64,000 nt of DNA, from assembly GCA_000146045.2 (NCBI GenBank), contig BK006941.2, forward strand, positions 800,001-864,000, written 5' to 3'. Under the pieces are notes generated by a model, which saw only the letters and a list, made by a program, of their open reading frames with translations, was not told the DNA's origin and ran no database searches. This document shows, in pieces, positions 23,307 to 34,688 of the stretch. Made by a program: the position numbers and the translations under genes. How positions within the stretch are numbered: position 1 is the first letter of the stretch; every line of letters starts with the position of its first letter. The DNA comes from TPA_inf: Saccharomyces (Eukaryota).

Positions 23307-23329
23307 AAATCCACATTCTCTTCATATAT
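23307..23329 (+). repeat. Ty1 target-site duplication AAATC (23307-23311), then the displaced last 13 bp of the Ty2 3' LTR (CACATTCTCTTCA, 23312-23324), then the Ty2 target-site duplication TATAT (23325-23329)
   Basis: AAATC also occurs at 17388-17392, immediately left of the Ty1 LTR. TATAT also occurs at 11442-11446, immediately left of the Ty2 5' LTR. Joining 17392 to 23312 restores a complete Ty2 LTR end. Confidence 0.8.
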
Positions 23330-23481
23330 ACATATATTGGTTGTTGTTACTACTTTAGCTTTTTTCCTCTGTTCGTTTCAAGATCTAGCTTGCAATTATC
23401 CCTCTAGGTAATAACCAGCATAGTTGTCGTCGTTTCATGTGACCTATTCCCCTTTAATTGGATCAATCTTCCAATAAGAGT

Positions 23482-23555
23482 GGTTTCGTGGTCTAGTCGG
23501 TTATGGCATCTGCTTAACACGCAGAACGTCCCCAGTTCGATCCTGGGCGAAATCA
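23482..23555 (+). tRNA. tRNA-Val (anticodon AAC)
   Basis: GGTTTCGTGGTCTAGTCGGTTATGGCATCTGCTTAACACGCAGAACGTCCCCAGTTCGATCCTGGGCGAAATCA. It has an A box, a B box (GGTTCGATCC-type) and a T-run directly downstream. Confidence 0.9.
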
Positions 23556-23562
23556 TTTTTTG
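23556..23562 (+). terminator. Pol III terminator T-run (TTTTTTG) after tRNA-Val
   Basis: A T6 tract immediately 3' of the tRNA. Confidence 0.7.
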
Positions 23563-23701
23563 AAGATTACATTAATAAGGCTTTTTTCAATATCTCTGGA
23601 ACAACAGTTTTTTTTTACTTACTAATAGCTTTAAGGACCCTCTTGGACATCATGATGGCAGACTTCCATCGTAATGGGATGATCATATGATGGGCGCTAT
23701 C

Positions 23702-23852
23702 CTCATCGCGACTCGATAACGACGTGAGAAACGATTTTTTTTTTCTTTTTCACCGTATTTTTGTGCGTCCTTTTTCAATTATAGCTTTTTTTTTATTTTT
23801 TTTTTTTCTCGTACTGTTTCACTGACAAAAGTTTTTTTTTCAAGAAAAATTT
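23702..23852 (+). promoter_or_regulatory. TIF4631 promoter region with a PAC motif (CTCATCGC, 23702-23709), an RRPE (AAAAATTT, 23845-23852) and long poly(dT)/poly(dA) tracts
   Basis: Motifs read directly, 200-360 bp upstream of the TIF4631 ATG. Confidence 0.45.
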
Positions 23853-24058
23853 TCGATGCCGCGTTCTCTGTGTGCAACGGATGGATGGTAGATGGAATTT
23901 CAATATGTTGCTTGAAATTTTACCAATCTTGATATTGTGATAATTTACTTAATTATGATTCTTCCTCTTCCCTTCAATTTCTTAAAGCTTCTTACTTTAC
24001 TCCTTCTTGCTCATAAATAAGCAAGGTAAGAGGACAACTGTAATTACCTATTACAATA

Positions 24059-26917
24059 ATGACAGACGAAACTGCTCACCCGACACAATCTGCTTCAAAG
24101 CAGGAATCTGCTGCTCTGAAACAGACAGGCGATGACCAGCAGGAATCTCAGCAACAACGTGGCTACACCAACTACAACAATGGTAGCAACTATACCCAAA
24201 AGAAGCCTTACAACAGCAACAGACCTCATCAGCAAAGAGGTGGTAAATTTGGACCAAACAGATATAACAACCGTGGCAACTATAATGGTGGCGGTAGTTT
24301 CAGAGGTGGACACATGGGAGCCAACAGCTCAAACGTGCCATGGACTGGTTACTATAATAACTACCCCGTTTACTACCAGCCCCAGCAAATGGCGGCCGCT
24401 GGTAGTGCCCCTGCTAATCCAATTCCTGTCGAAGAGAAGTCACCTGTTCCAACTAAGATAGAAATCACTACCAAGTCTGGTGAACACTTAGATTTGAAAG
24501 AACAGCATAAAGCCAAGCTACAGTCTCAGGAAAGATCTACTGTGTCTCCGCAACCAGAGTCAAAGTTAAAAGAAACTTCTGATTCTACTTCTACTTCTAC
24601 TCCAACTCCTACCCCTTCCACTAATGACTCTAAGGCCAGTTCTGAAGAAAATATATCTGAAGCTGAAAAGACAAGAAGAAATTTCATCGAGCAAGTTAAA
24701 CTTCGTAAAGCTGCTTTAGAAAAGAAGAGAAAGGAGCAACTTGAAGGTTCTAGTGGCAACAATAATATTCCAATGAAGACTACCCCAGAAAATGTGGAAG
24801 AGAAGGGATCGGACAAACCTGAGGTAACCGAAAAAACCAAGCCTGCTGAAGAAAAATCTGCTGAGCCAGAAGTTAAGCAAGAAACTCCAGCTGAAGAAGG
24901 TGAACAAGGAGAAAAGGGCCAAATAAAGGAAGAATCCACTCCAAAGGTGTTAACCTTTGCTGAACGTTTGAAGTTGAAGAAACAACAAAAAGAACGAGAA
25001 GAAAAAACGGAGGGGAAGGAAAACAAGGAAGTGCCAGTACAGGAAGAGACTAAGAGCGCCATCGAGTCTGCTCCTGTGCCTCCCAGTGAACAGGTTAAAG
25101 AAGAAACTGAGGTCGCCGAAACCGAACAGTCAAACATTGATGAATCTGCAACAACTCCGGCTATCCCTACTAAATCTGATGAAGCTGAAGCTGAAGTTGA
25201 GGCTGAAGCAGGTGATGCTGGAACAAAGATTGGACTTGAAGCTGAAATCGAAACTACAACTGATGAAACTGATGATGGTACAAACACCGTTTCTCACATA
25301 TTGAATGTATTGAAAGATGCTACACCAATTGAAGATGTCTTTTCTTTTAACTATCCAGAAGGTATTGAAGGTCCTGATATCAAATACAAGAAAGAACACG
25401 TCAAATATACATATGGCCCAACTTTCTTGCTTCAATTTAAGGACAAACTAAACGTCAAAGCGGACGCCGAATGGGTCCAAAGCACTGCTTCTAAAATTGT
25501 CATTCCACCAGGAATGGGCAGAGGAAATAGATCTAGAGATTCTGGCAGATTCGGCAATAATTCTAGTCGTGGCCATGACTTTAGAAATACCTCAGTGAGA
25601 AATATGGATGACAGAGCTAATTCAAGAACTTCATCAAAGAGAAGATCAAAGAGAATGAATGACGACAGGAGATCTAATAGATCTTATACATCAAGAAGAG
25701 ACCGCGAGAGAGGCTCCTACAGAAATGAAGAGAAAAGAGAGGACGATAAACCAAAGGAAGAAGTTGCTCCACTTGTTCCAAGTGCTAATAGGTGGGTGCC
25801 AAAATTCAAGTCTAAAAAGACTGAAAAGAAGCTAGCCCCTGACGGAAAGACCGAACTATTGGACAAGGATGAAGTTGAAAGAAAGATGAAGTCACTACTG
25901 AATAAACTTACTTTGGAAATGTTCGATGCTATTTCATCTGAAATTTTGGCTATTGCAAACATATCAGTATGGGAAACAAATGGTGAAACGTTAAAGGCTG
26001 TGATAGAACAGATTTTCTTAAAGGCCTGTGACGAACCCCATTGGTCTTCTATGTACGCGCAATTATGTGGTAAAGTAGTTAAAGAATTAAACCCAGATAT
26101 AACAGATGAAACTAATGAAGGTAAGACAGGTCCAAAATTGGTTTTGCATTACTTGGTTGCTAGATGTCATGCCGAATTTGACAAGGGTTGGACCGATAAA
26201 TTACCCACAAACGAAGATGGTACTCCATTAGAACCTGAGATGATGTCAGAAGAGTACTATGCAGCTGCTTCTGCTAAGAGAAGAGGTTTAGGTTTGGTTC
26301 GTTTCATCGGTTTCCTATACCGTCTGAATCTGTTGACTGGAAAGATGATGTTCGAATGTTTCCGTAGACTAATGAAGGATTTGACGGATTCTCCATCTGA
26401 AGAAACTCTAGAGTCCGTTGTTGAATTGTTAAATACTGTTGGTGAACAATTTGAGACCGATAGTTTCAGAACGGGTCAAGCAACATTGGAGGGTTCGCAA
26501 TTGCTCGATAGTTTGTTCGGTATTTTAGACAATATTATTCAAACTGCTAAGATTTCTAGTAGAATCAAGTTCAAGTTGATCGACATTAAAGAATTAAGGC
26601 ACGACAAGAACTGGAACAGTGATAAGAAGGACAACGGTCCTAAGACCATTCAACAGATTCATGAGGAAGAGGAGAGACAACGTCAATTGAAGAATAATTC
26701 AAGATCTAATTCAAGACGTACGAACAACTCCAGTAATAGACACTCTTTCAGAAGGGACGCTCCTCCTGCATCAAAAGATAGCTTTATCACAACCAGAACA
26801 TATTCTCAAAGAAATAGCCAAAGGGCTCCTCCTCCAAAGGAAGAACCAGCTGCACCAACTTCTACCGCAACAAATATGTTCAGTGCATTAATGGGAGAAA
26901 GTGATGACGAAGAGTAA
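24059..26917 (+). CDS. TIF4631: translation initiation factor eIF4G1
   Basis: 952-aa ORF starting MTDETAHPTQSASKQES. It has an N/Q/RGG-rich N-terminus and a MIF4G domain region. It matches YGR162W. Confidence 0.95.
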   Translation: MTDETAHPTQSASKQESAALKQTGDDQQESQQQRGYTNYNNGSNYTQKKPYNSNRPHQQRGGKFGPNRYNNRGNYNGGGSFRGGHMGANSSNVPWTGYYNNYPVYYQPQQMAAAGSAPANPIPVEEKSPVPTKIEITTKSGEHLDLKEQHKAKLQSQERSTVSPQPESKLKETSDSTSTSTPTPTPSTNDSKASSEENISEAEKTRRNFIEQVKLRKAALEKKRKEQLEGSSGNNNIPMKTTPENVEEKGSDKPEVTEKTKPAEEKSAEPEVKQETPAEEGEQGEKGQIKEESTPKVLTFAERLKLKKQQKEREEKTEGKENKEVPVQEETKSAIESAPVPPSEQVKEETEVAETEQSNIDESATTPAIPTKSDEAEAEVEAEAGDAGTKIGLEAEIETTTDETDDGTNTVSHILNVLKDATPIEDVFSFNYPEGIEGPDIKYKKEHVKYTYGPTFLLQFKDKLNVKADAEWVQSTASKIVIPPGMGRGNRSRDSGRFGNNSSRGHDFRNTSVRNMDDRANSRTSSKRRSKRMNDDRRSNRSYTSRRDRERGSYRNEEKREDDKPKEEVAPLVPSANRWVPKFKSKKTEKKLAPDGKTELLDKDEVERKMKSLLNKLTLEMFDAISSEILAIANISVWETNGETLKAVIEQIFLKACDEPHWSSMYAQLCGKVVKELNPDITDETNEGKTGPKLVLHYLVARCHAEFDKGWTDKLPTNEDGTPLEPEMMSEEYYAAASAKRRGLGLVRFIGFLYRLNLLTGKMMFECFRRLMKDLTDSPSEETLESVVELLNTVGEQFETDSFRTGQATLEGSQLLDSLFGILDNIIQTAKISSRIKFKLIDIKELRHDKNWNSDKKDNGPKTIQQIHEEEERQRQLKNNSRSNSRRTNNSSNRHSFRRDAPPASKDSFITTRTYSQRNSQRAPPPKEEPAAPTSTATNMFSALMGESDDEE

Positions 26918-27551
26918 CATGAATAGATCATGTTAAGTATCGAAAATGTCACTTGGATACAAGGATGTTGGTAGAAAGTCTAATAAAATAATAAATTAAT
27001 AGTACAACACAAATTTAATCTTACGTTTAATCCTGCGCTATTAATTGAAAATATATGCATGGAGAAGAAAAAAAAAGTGTCCCTAATTTACCATTGTTAT
27101 ATTTTCTCGATTAATGGGCTCATTTCTTTTCACTAAAAGCTATAAACAAGTTTGATGCATTTTAATGGGTAATCCTCTTACTGTGCTTTTTTTTCCTATC
27201 TTGTTCTATATGTCAATGCCTTTCTGTATTTTTATTTATAGCTTCGCCAGTCTTCGTTTACGATATGTTTTATATAATAGACCACTCAGCATATGTATAG
27301 TTTTGTATATTTATATCATTTATTAGCTGACGGCTTTAACTTCATATTTCGATTTAATCATGCTACTGCTTCACCATTTGTCCTTTTTTTTACAGAGGCC
27401 ACGAAAGGAAAGGACCGTTTCCGGACAACAGAAATAATAAAGATATCAGAGCTTAAACTAGTAAATTGGTAGGAAAAAAACTCCCAATAGAACCGATTAA
27501 CATCCACAGATTAACAAAACTCCAGGACAACGGTACTAATACACATACAAC

Positions 27552-28577
27552 ATGAGTTTAGAGGCTACAGATTCCAAGGCCATGGTTTTGTTGATGGGCG
27601 TAAGAAGATGTGGAAAATCATCCATTTGTAAAGTTGTTTTTCATAATATGCAGCCTTTAGATACATTATATCTAGAATCAACCTCAAATCCTTCTCTTGA
27701 GCATTTCTCTACTCTCATTGACCTGGCGGTGATGGAGCTTCCCGGGCAGCTAAATTACTTTGAACCGAGTTATGATTCTGAAAGATTATTCAAAAGCGTT
27801 GGGGCACTAGTTTATGTCATTGATTCTCAAGATGAATATATCAATGCGATCACAAATCTGGCGATGATTATTGAGTATGCCTATAAGGTTAATCCCTCCA
27901 TCAATATAGAGGTCTTGATTCACAAGGTTGATGGCCTAAGTGAAGATTTCAAAGTTGATGCTCAACGTGATATAATGCAACGGACAGGTGAAGAGTTGCT
28001 TGAACTGGGGCTGGATGGTGTTCAGGTTTCCTTCTATTTAACTTCAATTTTTGATCACTCAATATATGAGGCATTTTCGAGGATTGTGCAGAAACTGATA
28101 CCGGAGCTGTCTTTTCTGGAGAATATGCTAGATAATTTAATTCAACATTCAAAAATTGAGAAGGCCTTCTTATTTGATGTTAATTCCAAAATTTATGTTT
28201 CCACAGATTCTAACCCTGTTGATATACAAATGTATGAGGTATGCTCCGAGTTCATAGATGTGACGATTGATTTGTTTGATTTATATAAAGCGCCTGTTCT
28301 AAGAAATAGCCAAAAGAGCTCGGACAAAGATAATGTGATAAATCCTCGTAATGAGCTACAGAATGTATCACAATTAGCTAATGGCGTCATTATTTATTTG
28401 AGGCAGATGATTAGAGGCTTGGCATTGGTGGCGATTATAAGACCTAATGGTACAGACATGGAAAGCTGCTTAACGGTCGCAGATTACAATATTGACATTT
28501 TCAAGAAGGGGTTGGAAGATATTTGGGCAAACGCAAGAGCCAGTCAAGCTAAAAATAGTATTGAGGACGATGTGTGA
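27552..28577 (+). CDS. GTR2: Rag-family small GTPase of the EGO/GSE complex (TORC1 signalling)
   Basis: 341-aa ORF with the P-loop GVRRCGKSS. It matches YGR163W. Confidence 0.9.
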   Translation: MSLEATDSKAMVLLMGVRRCGKSSICKVVFHNMQPLDTLYLESTSNPSLEHFSTLIDLAVMELPGQLNYFEPSYDSERLFKSVGALVYVIDSQDEYINAITNLAMIIEYAYKVNPSINIEVLIHKVDGLSEDFKVDAQRDIMQRTGEELLELGLDGVQVSFYLTSIFDHSIYEAFSRIVQKLIPELSFLENMLDNLIQHSKIEKAFLFDVNSKIYVSTDSNPVDIQMYEVCSEFIDVTIDLFDLYKAPVLRNSQKSSDKDNVINPRNELQNVSQLANGVIIYLRQMIRGLALVAIIRPNGTDMESCLTVADYNIDIFKKGLEDIWANARASQAKNSIEDDV

Positions 28578-28722
28578 AAGACGTAAGGCATGAAAATATT
28601 AGGGTATATAGATACATATTGAAAATGATAGTAGAGCCAATGACCAAACCAAGAAAGCCTACAGTACAGAGGTGCCAAAGTTTTTTTACTAATGGGGCAA
28701 ATCATTTTTATTGCAAAAAAAG

Positions 28723-28794
28723 CACTCACGATGGGGGTCGAACCCATAATCTTCTGATTAGAAGTCAGACGCGTTGCCATTACGCCACGCGAGC
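28723..28794 (-). tRNA. tRNA-Arg (anticodon UCU)
   Basis: The reverse complement reads GCTCGCGTGGCGTAATGGCAACGCGTCTGACTTCTAATCAGAAGATTATGGGTTCGACCCCCATCGTGAGTG. A T-run (A7 on +, 28715-28721) follows the 3' end. Confidence 0.9.
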
Positions 28795-29103
28795 TACTGT
28801 TTGTTGGAAGTTTTCAATTATTAATAAGTACATACCAACCTTAGCTAACATTACTATAACGACGCTGAGAAAGCTATACAAAAGATTTATCGATCGAGAA
28901 TCATTGTTTCTTATTTTTTTCAGGAAGGATGAACACATTGTTCAGAATATTATCAATTAATAATTTATCGTACGGACGGTACAACAGCAAAATAAAATAG
29001 AAGCCGAATAAAAAAAAATGAAAAGGAATTCTTTGAAAAGAAAGTACATGGCAAAAACTGTAAAGTTACAAAAAAGAGGAAAGCCACTCCATACTTTTAG
29101 TAA

Positions 29104-30153
<1,050 letters not shown>

Positions 30154-30514
30154 CCACTTTTTGTCTTATGAGTGCTTTCTTGTATATGCGTATATGTCGT
30201 CATATTTTCAGCCATTATTACTTGTACATAAAATATTCTACATAAATTTATATATCCCATGAAAGAGCCATGGTCACGTTGGGCACATTTCTTGAATACT
30301 CGTTTGCAAGGCTTATTTTTCTGTCTTTTCACATCTTTCTATTTTAGTGCGAGAAATGCAGGACCTATGAAAAATTGGTAACAAAAATAATTAAAAGTAA
30401 ATGCTATAAAATTGTGGGTAAATAAAAGTGGAACAAGAGCTGAGTTCACAACTCTACACTCTATATGGACAATATTCGAATTAAGCGCAATTGATAAATC
30501 ACAACTCATTGACC

Positions 30515-32197
30515 ATGGAATGTTTTGTACCGCTGCGTTGCGACTTAGATGGAAGTAATATAGAACAGTTACGTCAATCACACTTAAGCCGTAAATTTAT
30601 TATATTTGATGAGCAACTGAATCTTTGGCTGTGGTTTCAAGGTAATTCGCAAGAGAACAAGAGATTTGTACTACAGAATATGATAATATTAATAAATGAA
30701 GCGCAAGTTACCAGAACAAGCACTATCGATGATTATTTTACCCAAGTTGAGAACAATGAAAATCTATGGAGGTTGAAAAACGACTGCTGTTCGAAGATTC
30801 TTTTCAAATCAAATGTTGTTATGAATAATGGTTATAATAATCAGATCAAATTTGTCTTTGAATATAAATCTGTGGATGCAAATTTCAATAACCAGGATTC
30901 ATTACAAGATCCACAGGCAAAGTATACATTAGATAAGTACTCTAGCGAGGAGATTTTGCCAAGTTTTGAGCCAGTTTATTCCTGGTCTTCTGCAGCCACC
31001 AAATCATCCAAAAATACTAATAATCATCTGGAGAAAAATAACAGGGCGACTCATCGAGTTAGTTCTAAAAATAGCGAAGTCCACGAAGCGGACGTTTCTA
31101 GAAATCCGAATACATTTACTCTTAAGCTCCAATACCCAATATTCTCACTTTTGAATATGAGATTGAGAAACATCTCCTTGAAATCTGAGCATTGCATATT
31201 ATCATCGTTAGACTTTCAAACTTCTAAAGCATCCGAACAACTGACCAAAAAATTTATTTATCCGCAAGAACACAATTCTTTTCTCAAACTGAACTTTCAA
31301 GAAATATCGTATAAACTAATCGACGGAACCTCTCAAATTGAACTAGATCCAATCTGTCCTTTGAAAGTGCCACTCACTGCATTTTCATACGATAGCATTA
31401 GCGCTACTTTTAAACTGGTTCTGTTACCCAAATCAACTCAACCACATCGTGTGAAAATCACCTTAGCGTACGAACTCGAGCTGCATCCCAATCTGAAGTT
31501 ACCTGTGAGAACATCATGGGAAACAGAAGTCACATTGAAGCGTTCTATGCCAATTTCCTCGACATCTTCTCAATACTCGAGTAACAACAATAATACCAAT
31601 CATAGCGCTTCTTTTAATGGTGCGGCCAACAACGTTAATTCTGGTGGTTTGGCCAATCTAAGATTAGGTGGGGTTTCCTCCTCAAGATTTAGTCTTGGAG
31701 CTGCTTCGACTACATCATTGGTGAATAGCAAATTAAGCAATGTAAAATTCAAGTTTATTAATAGCAATATAAAAGTTATTAAGGGCGAAAAGTTTACTAT
31801 GAGGCTTCAGATCATTAACTCGTCATCATCCCCCCTGGATCTTGTTGTGTATTATAACAATACAATAAACCCAATCCCTTCAGCTAATAACGTACGTAAC
31901 AGCAATGGTATAAACAACTGTGGCATGAATAATGGGACTATCCCCAATTCGCCCTTGACACTGGAAAATCAGTACCAACTGCATAATAAATATAGAAAAA
32001 TTGCGGAGGGGATTATACTATTATCCAACGATTACAAAATTCCAGTTGTACCTCCGAGAGAAACATACTTCGCGGATTTACGATTTATTGGTATTATGTC
32101 CGGATATTATGGCACTCTCTCCGGACTTAAGGTATTGGATTTAAATACAAATGAACTTATAGAAGTTGGAAATGGCGCATCTGTGTTAATCCAGTAA
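30515..32197 (+). CDS. TRS65: TRAPP II complex subunit
   Basis: 568-aa ORF. The annotated protein starts MECFVPLRCDLDG (560 aa) at the second in-frame Met. It matches YGR166W (KRE11). Confidence 0.8.
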   Translation: MECFVPLRCDLDGSNIEQLRQSHLSRKFIIFDEQLNLWLWFQGNSQENKRFVLQNMIILINEAQVTRTSTIDDYFTQVENNENLWRLKNDCCSKILFKSNVVMNNGYNNQIKFVFEYKSVDANFNNQDSLQDPQAKYTLDKYSSEEILPSFEPVYSWSSAATKSSKNTNNHLEKNNRATHRVSSKNSEVHEADVSRNPNTFTLKLQYPIFSLLNMRLRNISLKSEHCILSSLDFQTSKASEQLTKKFIYPQEHNSFLKLNFQEISYKLIDGTSQIELDPICPLKVPLTAFSYDSISATFKLVLLPKSTQPHRVKITLAYELELHPNLKLPVRTSWETEVTLKRSMPISSTSSQYSSNNNNTNHSASFNGAANNVNSGGLANLRLGGVSSSRFSLGAASTTSLVNSKLSNVKFKFINSNIKVIKGEKFTMRLQIINSSSSPLDLVVYYNNTINPIPSANNVRNSNGINNCGMNNGTIPNSPLTLENQYQLHNKYRKIAEGIILLSNDYKIPVVPPRETYFADLRFIGIMSGYYGTLSGLKVLDLNTNELIEVGNGASVLIQ

Positions 32198-32455
32198 GCG
32201 GAACAAGTATACATTTTATTAACATAGACTACATACTAATCTGTAACATTTCTATAAAAAAGTTATTATCATCACATTACACGATAGAAACACTTCCATA
32301 TTTTTTTACACTGAAAGGGGCACCTAGAAGATTAAACAACTAAACTGAAAATATACGTGCTAGAAAAAGGGTTTTACAGCTTTACTTAGGCGTTGCGAGT
32401 CACCCAAAAGAGCAGTTGAAGGACGCCGCCGTTTCACTAGATACATATATATATA

Positions 32456-33157
32456 ATGTCAGAGAAATTCCCTCCTTTGGAAGATCAAAACATTGATTTC
32501 ACACCCAACGACAAAAAAGATGACGACACCGATTTTTTAAAAAGAGAAGCAGAGATACTTGGAGACGAGTTCAAGACTGAACAGGATGACATATTGGAAA
32601 CGGAGGCTTCCCCCGCCAAAGATGATGACGAAATTAGGGATTTTGAAGAGCAATTTCCAGATATCAACTCCGCAAATGGCGCAGTCTCGAGCGATCAAAA
32701 TGGTAGTGCTACTGTATCTAGTGGTAATGACAATGGCGAGGCAGATGATGATTTTTCCACATTCGAAGGTGCCAATCAGAGTACAGAATCCGTTAAAGAG
32801 GATCGTTCTGAAGTTGTAGACCAATGGAAACAACGTCGTGCTGTAGAGATTCACGAAAAGGATTTAAAGGACGAGGAGTTAAAAAAGGAATTGCAGGATG
32901 AAGCTATCAAACATATTGACGATTTTTACGATTCTTACAATAAAAAGAAGGAACAACAATTGGAAGATGCTGCTAAGGAAGCTGAGGCTTTCTTAAAGAA
33001 AAGAGATGAATTTTTTGGTCAAGACAATACGACCTGGGATCGTGCACTTCAATTAATTAACCAAGATGATGCCGATATCATTGGGGGTAGAGACAGGTCT
33101 AAGCTTAAAGAAATTCTTTTGAGATTGAAAGGTAACGCGAAGGCTCCCGGTGCTTAA
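32456..33157 (+). CDS. CLC1: clathrin light chain
   Basis: 233-aa acidic coiled-coil ORF. It matches YGR167W. Confidence 0.9.
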   Translation: MSEKFPPLEDQNIDFTPNDKKDDDTDFLKREAEILGDEFKTEQDDILETEASPAKDDDEIRDFEEQFPDINSANGAVSSDQNGSATVSSGNDNGEADDDFSTFEGANQSTESVKEDRSEVVDQWKQRRAVEIHEKDLKDEELKKELQDEAIKHIDDFYDSYNKKKEQQLEDAAKEAEAFLKKRDEFFGQDNTTWDRALQLINQDDADIIGGRDRSKLKEILLRLKGNAKAPGA

Positions 33158-33351
33158 ATGATGATGAATAATAAGAACCATAATGAACTAAGGAAGAGAA
33201 GGGGCTTATTCCCTATCATTCCCGTCATACATGAGTATCATACTTGATAGGTTCAGTAAATAACTAATTCATACTGTAAATTCATTTATCAAGACAACTA
33301 TAATATAGATTATTTACAAACTTGTAAACTCTTCTCTTCTAAAAAAACACA

Positions 33352-34482
33352 TCACATAATACTAAGCTGAAACAAAAAGAATAGTATATATTTCCCAAAG
33401 TTGCAATGCCAATACTTTTTCAAGTAAACATTAACCAAGGACTTCGCAAAGAATTTTGCGAAAAATGGGCTGATTTTCATTTTACTTGTTGGATCCACGA
33501 AGGTGAATGTAAGAAGCATCACGATGCACCGCAATTTGTTGCCCATTAATCTGCGCCTTTTCGTGACGAATAAATATTCGATACACTGCCTTAATATAGT
33601 CCATTTTAGACTTGGAAAAAAACCCTTGGTGAAATATGAATTTATTATCTTTTCGTTTATATTTGCATAATTATCATCAATTGTAACTTCATGTATTTCA
33701 TTTAGTCTGTCCATTACATGCTTCAAATTTGATGAAGATATGGGCCAATCATTATGGTTCTTGACCCCAAGGTATTGAGAAAAGTTCCTGACTTCGTGGC
33801 CGCCGACATTCTTATTTGATTTCGTCCCTGAAGTAAAAAAGAATTTTAATGTTCTGTGATATACTGCCAAAACTGTGAAAATGGCATTGATTGTGAAGAA
33901 ATCTATTAAAAATGGCCTATGGTCAAAAAGCACACGGAATGGTAACGAACTCCTGTCCAGTTTGGCAAATAATACAATAATCGCTAAACACACAAGAATT
34001 TGCTGGAATTTTATTAATGTACCCTGGGAAAAATTTTTTTTTTTCAACCATTGTGTTAATTTTGCGATCTTTAATTTGGAGGCTATAGCTTCCACAAGAA
34101 AGTGTGCGATAATCCACGAAGGTACCTCACCCTTGGTAAGCATTAACGATATTCCTACAATGGAAGACCAGTGAATATAATGATTTTTTAAAAATGGGAA
34201 CTTCATCAAAGTTGGATATAGTATGTTCAGCAAGACTAATATAGTAGACTCTCTTAGCCATGGCATGATATCATTTATTTGAATATTTTCACCCTGTAAT
34301 TTTTTCAATTTCCATTTTTTGACATAAAATACTAGGTTTATTCCATAGACTTGGGTTATTCTTTTCAAGATGATGACGAGTTGTTTTCTTCTCTTCTTGT
34401 TCAAGAGGAGTAGAAGCCTTCTTATTATCTGCTTGAAGCCAGAAACTGCTTTCCCAGTACCATTTGGACGATTGTGTTTCAT
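33352..34482 (-). CDS. multi-pass membrane protein (YGR168C / PEX35-like)
   Basis: 376-aa hydrophobic ORF. The name is from memory, not from any feature in the sequence. Confidence 0.7.
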   Translation of the reverse strand: MKHNRPNGTGKAVSGFKQIIRRLLLLLNKKRRKQLVIILKRITQVYGINLVFYVKKWKLKKLQGENIQINDIMPWLRESTILVLLNILYPTLMKFPFLKNHYIHWSSIVGISLMLTKGEVPSWIIAHFLVEAIASKLKIAKLTQWLKKKNFSQGTLIKFQQILVCLAIIVLFAKLDRSSLPFRVLFDHRPFLIDFFTINAIFTVLAVYHRTLKFFFTSGTKSNKNVGGHEVRNFSQYLGVKNHNDWPISSSNLKHVMDRLNEIHEVTIDDNYANINEKIINSYFTKGFFPSLKWTILRQCIEYLFVTKRRRLMGNKLRCIVMLLTFTFVDPTSKMKISPFFAKFFAKSLVNVYLKKYWHCNFGKYILFFLFQLSIM

Positions 34483-34688
34483 ATAGTTAGCAAGTGTATA
34501 CTCTCATTAGCTCTGTTCGCGATGTGTATTTCGTGGTGCTTTATATAGGGTTTTTAACTTTTCCCCATGAACATTCGCTGTTATGTATTCGCAACTAAAA
34601 ATAATGTCTCTCTTTAATTTTAATTTACATCCAAAGTACGGAAATGGTAACTAAACTATATACAAAAAAAGTTCGCTCAAAAAAAAGT

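Noticed and set aside
24526-25287. 253-aa minus-strand Ser-rich ORF and several 68-109-aa ORFs inside TIF4631
   Set aside because: They are antisense to the low-complexity Glu/Lys/Ser/Thr-rich region of eIF4G1. There are no independent signals, so I treat them as frame artefacts.
28795-28840. TGTTGGAAGTTTTC... immediately upstream of tRNA-Arg, resembling a Ty LTR start (TGTTGGAATA)
   Set aside because: Only an approximately 8-bp resemblance. No further LTR-like sequence follows, so this is insufficient to call a solo LTR.
28574-28960. 128-aa + ORF overlapping tRNA-Arg(UCU)
   Set aside because: It spans a Pol III tRNA gene on the opposite strand and has no homology I recognise. It is a dubious ORF (YGR164W-like).
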